NCBI GenBank assembly: GCA_964016885.1
Contig: OZ024740.1
Location: 298,716,001-298,780,000, forward strand
Length of the DNA: 64,000 nucleotides
Direction of reading: 5' to 3'
DNA from: Eledone cirrhosa
Lineage: Eukaryota
Within the stretch, counting starts at the first letter, position 1, and each line of letters opens with the position of its first letter. The position numbers and the translations under genes were made by a program. Under the pieces are notes generated by a model. The model made no database searches. It had not been told where the DNA came from and saw only the letters and a list, made by a program, of their open reading frames with translations. Below are positions 1-11,533 of the stretch, piece after piece.

Positions 1-40
<40 letters not shown>

Positions 41-310
41 GCATCACCATCAACCTCACCAGCACCATCTCCAGCTCCATTATTATTGTTGTGATTATTG
101 ACATCCACCTTACCTCTTTTCTTATGATGATAATGATGATCATAATCAGCATTACTGTCATTATCATCATCATTATATTCTTACCATTGCCATTTAATAG
201 TCAACTGCAATGCTATCACCATCATCTCTGTCACACTGCAATCATCGATGACATCATCATCATTCTCAGCGTTATAATCATATTCATCACCACCATTATC
301 ATCATCAAAC
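1..310. repeat. (ATC)n microsatellite and degenerate CAT/CAC low-complexity tract
   Basis: Visible tandem atc repeats decaying downstream. Confidence 0.9.
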
Positions 311-526
311 AACTCTATTGAATATTGTAGTAGTGTCTAGGTTTTGAATCTCTGTTATCTATGATCTCTACGTTAACATAGTTGACACACATATGTACAT
401 ACATAAATGCACATACATTCATATACATGCATACACATATATACAGAACTCTTGAGAATAACCAACAAAATCAAAGGCCATCTAGATAACTAAATATTGA
501 ATACTCAGTGAGGAATGATGATGGTC

Positions 527-770
527 ATCATCGTCATTTTTACATCTGCTTTCCCATACTTGCATGGGTTGGATGGGTCCTTCTCAGCATGGCTTCTTTC
601 CACACAACGTGATTCTTTGTCATTACCTCTGTGAGTCTCAGTGTTTTGAAGTTCTCTCTCACAACTTCTGCCCGAGTCTTTCTTGGTCTGCCTCTACCAC
701 GGCCTCCTTCCACTGACATTTCCTGGCATTTCTTCACCCAACGATCATTGTCCATGCACATCACATGCTA
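527..770 (-). mobile_element. RTE LINE 3' fragment
   Basis: WVKKCQEMSVEGGRGRGRPRKT, homologous to the C-termini of the longer RTE copies in this window. Confidence 0.8.
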
Positions 771-938
771 TAGAATTTTATTCACACAATTGCATTGAGA
801 AGAGGCTTATTAGTTTTCAGTATTGGAGTTGTTTGTGAAGTCTAACTTAGACATCCATATTTCAGTAGGTAGTGTTGTTTCTCCCCATGTAAATTGTGAT
901 CAGACAGAACTAGGATCAAAGGCAGTCCAGACACTTGC

Positions 939-1312
939 TTAACCCTTTCATTACTGTATTTCTAATGAATTATACAGCCTATGTATTTCATTTAATTTTC
1001 AAAACAACCAAACATTTAGAGGAATATAAAATAACTAAACTTTTCTTTAGTTAGCTGACATTATTTGCGAAAAATTTCTTAAATGAAATTACGATGACCA
1101 CATTTCTAATGAAATACACTCTATTTCAATTAGTTAATGAAGTATTTTGAAGGATTTACTAAAATTATCAATTATTTCATTACTAAGATAGTAATTTAAT
1201 GTAAGGATCTGATATAAAGTTATGTTAGAAAATTTAAATTTAAATTGGAAACCTTTAAAATGGGTGATTTTATTTCATAGAATCAGGGCCGGGTTGGCAA
1301 CTACAGGGTTAA
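939..1312 (+). mobile_element. TTAA-flanked piggyBac-type MITE, family A
   Basis: ttaacccttt...cagggttaa termini. Related copies at about 16760-17017, 41785-41960, 46141-46371 and 50840-51007. Confidence 0.7.
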
Positions 1313-2027
1313 TGTAAGTATAAACATTTTAAAATGAGCAGTTTCAAGCAACTTGGTGTCAAAAGGGGTCCTGGACATGTAATGATTGTTAAGGGATGCA
1401 CACCATCAGATTTCAGGCATACAAAAAAAGTATAATCTACTTTATACTTATAAACTTCCTAAAGATCTGAATATACTTCATTTTCTTATTAGTTTTAAGT
1501 ATGACTATCTGTATGTATCTTAGTTTTAAGAATAGGTACACCATAATCCCTGAATATTGCAAGAGGTGAATAAAAGAATTGGTGTCAAGAAGGGCATCTG
1601 GCTATAAAACACTGCTTCAAAAATCTTGTTCAGCTCATAAAATCATGGAAAAGTTAACATAAACTGATGATGTTGATAATAACTAGATTTTCTTGAGAAA
1701 CCCTTCTTCTAAATGACGCAAGTCCAATGTCTGGCATATAAGCAATTGTTGTATTCCCAAAAGAGTGTATTATACAACCTCAGAACAGAGTGAACGATGT
1801 ATGTTATATCTGAGGTGGTTGACACATGTTGCAGACTGAGCTAATAAATTCTGAGGTATTAGAATTATCCCATGCTGACATTTCATAGATAATAAGCTTG
1901 ATAATGATATTTCAAATATAAAGATTCCATCATAGACAAAGCAGTTTTCATTTGTCAAAACTATAATATTCTAGACTGTTAACGGAAACTTTAGATTATA
2001 TCATCATCATCACCATTGTTTTTATGT

Positions 2028-2240
2028 TTGGGTGAAGAAATGCCAGGAAATTCCAGGGGAAAGAAGCTGCAGTAGAGGTAGACCAAGAAAGACCTGGGCA
2101 GAGGTTGTGAGAGCTGACCTCAAATCACTGAAACTCGCAGAGGAGATGACAAAAGAATGCAACATGTGGAGAGATGTCATGCTGAGAAGGACTCATCCAA
2201 CCCATGTAAGTCTGGAAAAACGAACGTAAAAACAATGATG
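2028..2240 (+). mobile_element. RTE LINE 3' fragment
   Basis: KKCQEIPGERSCSRGRPRKTWAEVVRADL followed by a short gat tail. Confidence 0.8.
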
Positions 2241-3897
2241 AGGATTCTCTGCTGGTATTTGTTGGGTGAAGCTTTGAGACAATATTCTCTGGCTGGATGC
2301 TCTTCCCAATAGCAATCCTCACTTATTTTTAAGTAAGGTATATGGTGTACCTATTCTCAAAACCAAGATATATACAGATAGTCATCTAACTATATTGACA
2401 TACTTAAAACTAATAAAAATATGAAGTATATTGCGATCTTTAGGAAGTTTGTAAATATACAGTAGATTATACTTTTTGCATGCCTGAAATGTGATGGTGT
2501 GCATCCCTTTGCATGTCAACTGCAGAGTCACAGGACATTGATTATATCGATTACAAATAAATGTCACTGCCTGTATGGACCCATAACTCCCAAGGGAGTC
2601 GTAGGGGCACCATATTGTCATATGACGTTTCTAGGGCATTTTAAAACCTGGTGAAGCACAATCTTTTCCATGTCTGAAAACAGCAGATTATTTCCAGAGA
2701 AGGATAGAGAGTGAGAGAAAGGAAGTGAAGAAGAGACTGGTACTTGTTTATCAACCTTAAATGGATGAAAGACAAAGTTGACCTCAGTAGGATTTGAACT
2801 CAGAGAGCAGATAGTCGGAACAAATACTGCAAAGCGTTCTATCCAACATTCTAACGACTCTATCAATTGGTTGCCTTCCACTGTTTGTATAAGAAGTGCC
2901 CAAATGCGAAGCAAAGACACACCCACAAACATATGTATACAATGGTTTCTATACAGTTTTCATCTCCCAAATCAACTCAAAAGCATTAGACAGTCTGAAG
3001 GTATAATAGAAGACACTTCCTCAATGTGTCAGAAAGTGTGATGAAAACTGATTTCAAACTGATTTTCTTCACCACACAGCCATAACTGCACCTGGATAGC
3101 AATGTTCCAGTCTATGAGGACACAACTGCACAAACGGTGTATAGGCAGTAGAGCAGACAAGGAATGAATACCTTACTGAGAAAATGAGCTAGAAGGTAAT
3201 ATCATTTATCTGCAGTAATTACTGTAGAGACTGGCATTCACATTTTGAACTGTTCAGTCACCCATGAAAGTGTAGATGAATACATCTGTTGATCCAGTTA
3301 ATCAAAATACACTATAGATATAAGTATTGTAAATATACACTCTAAAGATGAGGTTAATAGGCTATAATATTATTCTAATAACAACACCTCTTGGACATTT
3401 AAATAGTTTTTACTTGGTTTAAAGGGGAAAAAAATGATAACCTGACTGAACCACGGAGGCAGCATTTCCATTGATCTCCCCATTGTTGAAACTATCTGCC
3501 TGTTGGTTCACTCTTGTCAAATTAGAAAGAACAGATTCACTGCACATTGAAATTTTGGATACTATAGCAGACGATGTGCTGAAAGATGTCCTGATATAAA
3601 AAAATGTTGAAATATGTTAACATTTCTCTTCACAAGATCATAATCATCCTAACTATCTTATGTCTGGCTTCCATCCTAGCATGGGCCGGATTGGCATCAC
3701 TGCCTGAGACTAGAGGGGTTGGAGCGACCTTATTTCAATCATATGTTCCATATTTGGAATGGTTTCAATAGTTGGATGACTTTTCTAATACAGGGTGTAC
3801 TGGATGTATTTTATCATGGTATCAGCACTACTACTGTACAGAGTGTACAGGTTGCATAGTATCATGGCATTAACACTACAGATCCTTTAGTAGTTTG

Positions 3898-4372
3898 ATC
3901 TAAGCAGGGTTCACTCCATGGTTCTCTAGTGCTGTGAATAGTGGGGTGAACTTGATGGAGTCAAATGCTTTTTCATAGTCGATGCAGGTGAAGCAGAACA
4001 GGAAGTTGTATTTGTTTGCCTTCTCTTGTAGTTGACTAAATATTTGGATGTGGTGTATTGTTGAGAATCCTGGCTTGAATCCTGCCTGCTCTCTTGGTTG
4101 GTGCAGTTCTAATGTACCAAGCATCCTCCGGAGTTCGATGTGTGAAAAAACATCTTGTAAATGGTGGGTAGGAGGCTGATAAGTTGGCAGTTTCTGAGGT
4201 CTGCTTTATCATCTTTCTTGTGGATTAGGACTATTATAGCATTTTTCCAACTGTCAGGAACACAACCTTCTTCTAGACACCTGTTGAAGAGCTTGTTGAG
4301 TCCCATGACAATGGGCTCTCCACCATCCTAGAGTATATCTGCAGTGATGTTGTCTTTGCCTGGGACCTTGTC
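3898..4372 (-). mobile_element. RTE LINE fragment (pre-RT and RT N-terminal part), inverted
   Basis: VPDSWKNAIIVLIHKK, QPREQAGFKPGFST and IDYEKAFDSI motifs, with frameshifts. Confidence 0.88.
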
Positions 4373-4379
4373 TCTCTTT

Positions 4380-4850
4380 AATCATTTAAAACTCACTCTT
4401 GTCTCTGATGGAGGTGTACTTCCAGAGGTCAAAAGAAGGATTGTACTTGGCTGGGTAGCTTTTGGAAAAGTTTATAACATCATTGGAAATTCCAAGTCAA
4501 GAATCCAAATGAAAAAAAAGAAGTTTAATGAATGTGTTCTGCTGGTGATGACTTATGGAAGTGAGATGTGGGCACATAACACCACCACTGCAAAAACTCT
4601 TGCAGTGGCCCAACATAAAATGAAATGAATCATGCTTGGCATCACCTTACATGACAGAAAGAGCCACACTTGGATTTGACAGCAGACTGGATTGAAGGGC
4701 ATAATTGAGACCAAGAAGGGCAAATATAGATGGGCTAGACACATCTCTCATCTCAGAGACAACAGGTGGACTGTTCAAGTGACAGAGTGGTCACCAAGCA
4801 GTGGAAAAGAACCAGAGGGTAATCAAAAGTAAGATGGCATGACAATATGA
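4380..4850 (+). mobile_element. RTE LINE fragment (post-RT C-terminal part)
   Basis: EVKRRIVLGWVAFGK, FNECVLLVMTYGSEMW, and RWT/VTEW motifs with stops. Confidence 0.85.
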
Positions 4851-5499
4851 CCAGAGATAAGAAGTAGTGGAAGTCAACCAGCGAGAGGTTCCCCCAACAG
4901 GAGTGAGAAGGTCCCGGATTTGGGATTTTCAACACAACAGAGCTTGTCATATGCTCAACTAGACTGAAATGTCCTCTCTACCCTGTATCAGAGTTACACA
5001 TTCTATTGTTGGTGTCAAGATGTTATTGAACAATTAACCTTTTTGTTACCATATTTCTAATGAAATATACTGCTATGCTTTTGAAAAAAAAACCCCATTT
5101 AAAATAGGTCAAACAATGTCTTTATGTATGATTTAGTGGATATATTCTTTTAAATGATTAAGGAAAATAGGGAAGAAAATTACTGTAATTGATTTAAATC
5201 AATGTAAAATAATATGGTAGTGATCTGAATGACAAAAAGGAGTTGGTCAAGGAAAACTCGAGGATTCAAGCATCTATACACAGAATGTTGTAATCAAGAA
5301 ATATTTTTATTACAAACCCCCATCATTTTTGACAGGTACTCTTCTAGTATCTATATTAGATGTATGAATGTATGTGTTACGATTAGCATTATATATATAT
5401 ATGTATCCAAACCCTTGCAAGCGTGAAAGATGGATGTTAAATGATGATGATGTATATATATATATACACACACACATTTATATACATATACACATGCAG

Positions 5500-5615
<116 letters not shown>

Positions 5616-6083
5616 TAATAAAGTTAAGAAATATATTTATCCTGATAAATGCTTTTGAATTCTCTGATTTTCTCAAAGGATTTTTATTCCAATTTCTAAG
5701 AAGCCTCTGTTAATGTTATTTTCTCATTCTGCTGTAAAAAGAAACAAAACCACTTCTTTCTGAAAGAAAACTTTTTTTCGTGATATCATTCTTGTCTCTA
5801 TTATTTGTTTTTTGAAAATCTTTTTTATTTTCTTAACATTTTGTTTTTTCAGTGATTTTTATTCTCCTGCTGCTAAATCCCATTTATTGTTGACAGTTGT
5901 TATATAATTTGATAATGTCTGTTTTGTTACATTTAGGTTTATTAATGTGCTCTGACTAGTGCTGATAACAAAGAAAAATAAATTTTAAAATATCAACAGA
6001 GTTTGCATACATTTATTGATAACTGAAATTCCTAAAAAAAATTTCAGCCCCCTTTCCTCCCATTTACTTTTCTCCCCAACTCC

Positions 6084-6163
<80 letters not shown>

Positions 6164-6816
6164 CACAGAAGGTGCAATGTTAGATGTGCATTCAATGCAT
6201 AAAACTACACATACCTGGTTTTTAGTGTATTGTCTATTCATAAAATTATATGCATTATATCATATATTAAGAAGATAAGATGGTGTATTCACTAAAGAAA
6301 CAATTTTGCTATACAATTTTTCCGAACTATTTCATAAGGATAAACCATTTAGAAACCAGTACACAATTATACAAGCAAACAAATAAGCTTTTTGAAATAA
6401 AAACAAAAACTAAACATTAAGAATTCCTAAGGTTACTTTCAGGATTCAGTGTCATTGAAAAATATTTCTTTGATTCTTTTCCAATTCACTTTTTTTTGTT
6501 TCTATTTTCTGTATCACCTTAACTATTGGAAATATTAAGGCTGGTACTGGAGGCATGCTACTCATCAATACACTTTGGAAATAAATATTACATGATCAGC
6601 AGAGATAATCGTTTTTACTTACTCAGCTAGTTTTATGTTTGCCTTCTCAAAGTCTGTAGTTTTTGTTAAATATTTAATTCAACAGTTGCTTCTTTGAGTT
6701 TTAATTTTTTTTTTTATTAAGTTCATGTTAGTTACTTTAATAGACAACTTTCTCAGATAGAAACATAATGCATAATTTGAATAAATAAAAACCTTGTGTG
6801 TGTGTATGTATGTATG

Positions 6817-7080
6817 TCAGGTCACTCTTCAGTGCTACTGGTAACAGTACAACTTGTGCATGGTTGGGTTGTTGGCAACTAAACCAGCAACCCCACCAGG
6901 CTTTCTTGGTGAGGAAGATGATTTTGGGCACCCTGTGGGATGAAAAACAAGACCCGCCAATACACTTTTTTTTTTTTGTGGTGCAAGATCTCTAGGAGAT
7001 CTCATTCTGAGAAAGTCACTCTGATATAAAACCTGCGACTTCATTTGTATCCAATGATGTAGACCAGTCCTTCTTTTTGG
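6817..7080 (+). mobile_element. Diverged copy of the repeat at 7657-7980 (RTE 5'-UTR-like)
   Basis: Shares caggtcac...gtgctactggtaac...actaaac..gcaaccccacc...tttcttggtgagga...gtatccaatgatgt with the 7657 copy. Confidence 0.6.
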
Positions 7081-7656
7081 GCAAATAAATTTGATGTTCA
7101 GAGAGTCTCTTTTTGCAATGCATGGTATTGCTGGCTATAGGCAAGTCCCTAACAAGAGTAAAAAGCTATGTCTGTAATGTTCATGCTTAAGTATCAAGCA
7201 ATGGCATTACTTGAAATCCAGTTGTAGCCATCATGCAAGTATGTATGTACTACCGGGTCCAAAATATTAGGTGGGTTGTACATTTGCTTAAATTCTTATA
7301 AGCAGAGGGTGAGCTGGGTGGAATAAATGGTGTGGTTGAGAAATTGATAATTGTATAATGTACATTCGTAAATATGGAATTTCTTGTAATGTTCTTTTTT
7401 TGTCATACATAATGTTTTTTTAATGTAAAATAAAATTATTATTAGATTCTCCAGCTGATGTATCAATATGAATCACTTGCAATATATTTCGCTTGAGATA
7501 GATTAGCAAAATTTAATAAGTAGCGGGATTGGAATAAAAGTGTGTGTGTGTACGTGTGTGGGGGGGGGGGGGGGAGGAGGAAGAGAAAATCTGAAAAATT
7601 AATAAGCGGGGAGGGGGAATATATAGGTATGTATGTATGTGTATATATATATATAT

Positions 7657-8262
7657 CAGGTCACCAGTTGGTGCTACTGGTAACATGTATCCCAGTACAA
7701 CCTGTCTCATGGTCGGGTCGTTGGCGACTAAACTGGCAACCCCACCAAGGTTTCTTGGTGAGGAGGGTGACTTTGGACATCCTGCAGGACTAAACACAAA
7801 ACCTGTCAAAGGGCAAAGGAGCTCTTAAGAGTCAATGGCCATCCAAAATCACAGGGAGAGATGACTCCTTAGCCTTTGTCAAGGCAGAATTCTAGGAGAA
7901 GGAAAACTCTGATATCACACCTGCAACCCTGATGGTATCCAATGATGTTGACTTGTTCTTCTTTTTGGTAAATATCATCTTGGTTAAGAGAGTGGGACTG
8001 GCTTTGTGCAGTGCCTTTGCTCACTATAAAAGCTTCACGGCACAGGCATTGCTTTATATCTGGAGATCTCTCTGCACTTGTCGTCACATGGTACCATGGG
8101 CCCAGCACTATGTGTCAATAATTGTCACAAGTGAAGTGTTTCTACCAGAGTTTTCAAGTCGCTGGCTGGACTAAAAAGTCACATTCATTCAGCGCATCGG
8201 TAGGGGTTCTCCTACATGGATATAAAGTAGTGGCCGTACTCGAAAACGAGTTGGCAGCCGCC
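7657..8262 (+). mobile_element. Short bipartite non-autonomous RTE-like element (5'-UTR-like part joined to the ORF2 3' end)
   Basis: ctaggagaaggaaaactctga RTE 5'-UTR-like motif. The 3' part encodes WRSLC... and a decayed C2H2 finger (HK*SVSTRVFKSLAGLKSHIHSAHR*). Flanked by (TA)n. Confidence 0.55.
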
Positions 8263-8293
<31 letters not shown>

Positions 8294-9246
8294 ATTAAAC
8301 TTAAACCAAAATCTCATGGGGGGGGGGGGGGGGGGTTACAAGTAAGATCAGCTAAAAAAAAGCCAATTTTAACTTATGTAATACTTCAACCATGGTTTCT
8401 GGAACTCAGGATACGACATCAGGAATTCCAAGACATTGGAATAACCAATGTTGGAAGAATTTAAGTTTCTTCATTGGGAGGTGAATTCATCTTAGGAATA
8501 AGGGGACAAGTTGAAAATATATCATACATACCATTTCACCACATGGTGAATTACTATATGAATATATTTCACCCAAGGGGACAAGTTGAATATATATCAT
8601 ACATACCATGCCACCAATAGACCGCATGGTGAACCAACGTGTTGCAACGCTGAATTACAGTATGAATATTTTCTACTTAAGGTATTAGGACAATATGACA
8701 GGCTTATATCGATGCTAGAAATAGCTGCCAAAACCGTGTTAATCAGCTCAACAATGAATATGTGCATTTTGTATTTCTAATGATATATGGTATGTTTATG
8801 AATAAACATTTGAAAGTCTTTAGCTATGAATTCTGAAAGCTGATGGTGAAGCGCCATCTAGCGAGTTCCAGCAGAAGAGGGGGGGAGGGGCATTACCGAT
8901 GATCATTTCTGACAGATGGTTATTATCAAGTCAATGCACCCCTTACTTCATTCTCTACTGGATTTCAATATAAACAAAAACATATAGTTTTGACACTTAT
9001 GTACATAGGCTGATTAGCCTCACCTGAATATATATATACAGAGAGAGTGAGATATATATAAAATCCCAACCATGGCACCAAGCAGTTTCAGCTTGGCACC
9101 GTGGTTGGTATTTTATATATCTTTATACCCACTCCCCGTCACCCCATGCCTTGAATACTCCCATGATGTAGTGGTCTCCCTAGTCTCAGCACTGCAGACT
9201 CTCTCTCTATCTCTCTTTCTCTCTCTCTCTCTCTGTCTCTCTCTCT

Positions 9247-9278
<32 letters not shown>

Positions 9279-9280
<2 letters not shown>

Positions 9281-10167
9281 GGGTGCGGACGATATTTGTT
9301 CGCAAGATTACTTTCTAGGAAAAAATAACACAGTAGTTTTATTTTTTAAGATTTATTTATCAAACTTGGGTCAGTCTGTTTTCATGATTTGTTCTTTCGA
9401 TCTCACTCAATAAACCCGCCATTGGCTTTCATGACAGCCTCAAGGCGGCCTCGGAACCGGCTTCAGGCCTTCGTTACTGTCCCCCGACTTAGGCCCCTAA
9501 AGGCACTTGTGATTCTGGCCTTCAGATTGTCTTTCATATTGCAGCTAGCTAAATCTGTAGGTGTCTCGTTCCACTGCGTCCCACACAAAGAAGTCGAGGG
9601 GGTTGCAGTCAGGCGAGCTGGGAGGCCAGATGTCAGGTGAAGTGTGGTCGATGAAGTTCTCTGACAGCCAGGCTTGGGTCTTTTGGCTGGTATGGTAGGA
9701 CGCTGAGTCTTCCTGCCACACGTACGGCCTACCTGCAGCTACCTAGTCGATCCAGGGCTTTACTACCTCGCTCAGAACACGGATGTAGCCATCGTTGTTC
9801 AGCTTGAGGCCCTCAGGGAAGAAGTGAGGTGGTATGACGTCACCTTGACTGCTGACGACACCTAACCAATGTTATCACTGGAAACTTTGTCTGCATGACT
9901 CTGGGCACATCTTTGGATGAGACCGAGCCACCTGTTGTTCTGGGAGTTGATCTTCTGGTCTTATTTGTCCTCCCGGCTCGGATTCCAAGAAGAACTCCGT
10001 GTCTCTTCTACAAATTTGGAGGTTCAAAATTATTCATAATCAATTATTCTGAAAATAAATAATTGAAATATAGTCACTGTTTTTATGAAGACAAGAGTGA
10101 CAATGGAAGTAAAAAAAATTTGCATAAAATTAGCAGTTGAAAATTGCGAACAAATATCGTCCGCACC

Positions 10168-10170
<3 letters not shown>
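9279..10170 (-). mobile_element. Internally deleted Tc1/mariner DD37D (maT) transposon
   Basis: About 27-bp TIRs (agggtgcggacgatatttgttcgcaa / ttgcgaacaaatatcgtccgcaccctg) embedded in TA repeats. The minus strand encodes WQEDSASYHTSQKTQAWL...WPPSSPDCNPLDFFVW with 37 residues between the last two catalytic Asp. Has stops and frameshifts, and the N-terminal HTH region is deleted. Confidence 0.93.
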
Positions 10171-10201
<31 letters not shown>

Positions 10202-10988
10202 CGGCGATGAATTAGTTTTGCGAGGTTTTTTATATGAAATCGTGTGTCGAAACAAATATTGTTATACTTGGGGAGGGTCATATTTGTGTAATATTGCCAG
10301 AATTAATAACAGAACACACTCACTGTTTGGTTGGTTTTCGCTTTTCGCTTCTGTGACTTTTATATCGGTAATCTAATTTATTCGGTCCTCAATGTTGCCA
10401 TTAACTGACCGACGGTCAAAAATAATACAGATACAATATAGACACAAACACATATATATAGTTTATCAAATTTCTTTCGTTGCACATCTGCAACATCGTC
10501 AGTGGTGCTATTGTTTCCTCCCCTTTACTTATTTAGTCTGTCTATATATTTATTTATTTATTTGTTTGTTTGTTTATTTTATTTTGTCTTCTTTGTGCAT
10601 GCGTTTGCGTGTGTGTATAGTGTTTTGTTTGATGTGTGTTCGTGATTGGGTGACTGTGTATCGGTTAATGTATTCTATCTTTACTAGTGTGTGTTTATAT
10701 GTGTTTGTTGTTATTGTTCTTGTGTATGTATTTATTTATCTATTTATTTATTTATTTATTTATTTATACTTCTCTTAGGTCAGTGTTGTTTGTTTGGGTG
10801 TTGTTGTTATTCCATTCATTCTTTCTGTTTAGTCTTGGCCTTCTAAGTTTTATTTCACTGGCCTCTCTATATTTATATATAATTATATATATGTATATAT
10901 ATGTATATATATATATATTTATATATATATATATATATATATATTTATAATATTAAATAAATGGAAACTATATTTATAAAACCATATC

Positions 10989-11054
10989 TATTTCATTATA
11001 TATATTTCAGGGATATCATATTAACAATATGCTATGCCTTCCTCAGACAAAATA
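10989..11054 (-). ncRNA. Antisense copy of hammerhead HH1 in the left arm of the hairpin
   Basis: Reverse complement of HH1. Its single difference improves stem II pairing (ata/tat). Confidence 0.72.
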
Positions 11055-11210
11055 CAATATAAACAGTTTTATAGATAAATAGATTCGACATACCGTAATA
11101 ACATCGACTTGCATTTGAAGAGGTTGATACTGCCATATCAACCTCTTCAAATGCAAGTCGATGTTATTACGGTATGTCGAATCTATTTATCTATAAAACT
11201 GTTTATATTG

Positions 11211-11276
11211 TATTTTGTCTGAGGAAGGCATTGCATATTGTTAATATGATATCCCTGAAATATATATAATGAAATA
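11211..11276 (+). ncRNA. Minimal type-I hammerhead ribozyme motif (HH1)
   Basis: tattttgt-CTGAGGA-stem II (agg..catatt/aatatg..cct)-GAAA-tatata-TA-atgaaata. Stem I is 8 bp. Predicted cut after 11268. Confidence 0.75.
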
Positions 11277-11463
11277 GATATGGTTTTATAAATATAGTTT
11301 CCATTTATTTAATATTGTAAATATACTCCAAATATTTGTCGAGTGCTTTTATATCAGTTATAAATATTTACTAGTTGTAACCCAACAATTTTAAATATAA
11401 CTTTCCATATATATATTTATATATATTTATATATATTTATATATATGTATATATATATTTATA

Positions 11464-11530
<67 letters not shown>

Positions 11531-11533
<3 letters not shown>

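Larger units (their letters stand above)
10940..11325. repeat. Near-perfect long inverted repeat (two 190-bp arms, 6-nt spacer)
   Basis: 10940-11129 is the reverse complement of 11136-11325 around ctgcca. I see only 2 mismatches. Confidence 0.95.

Noticed and set aside
7558-8336. Poly-G runs (also at 26673-26691) as G-quadruplex regulatory elements
   Set aside because: Simple homopolymers inside repeats with no supporting context.
10201-10400. Repeat shared with 51925-52020 (gaaacaaatattgttata.ttggg..ggtcat)
   Set aside because: A real dispersed repeat, but I cannot classify it or fit a ribozyme core to it.
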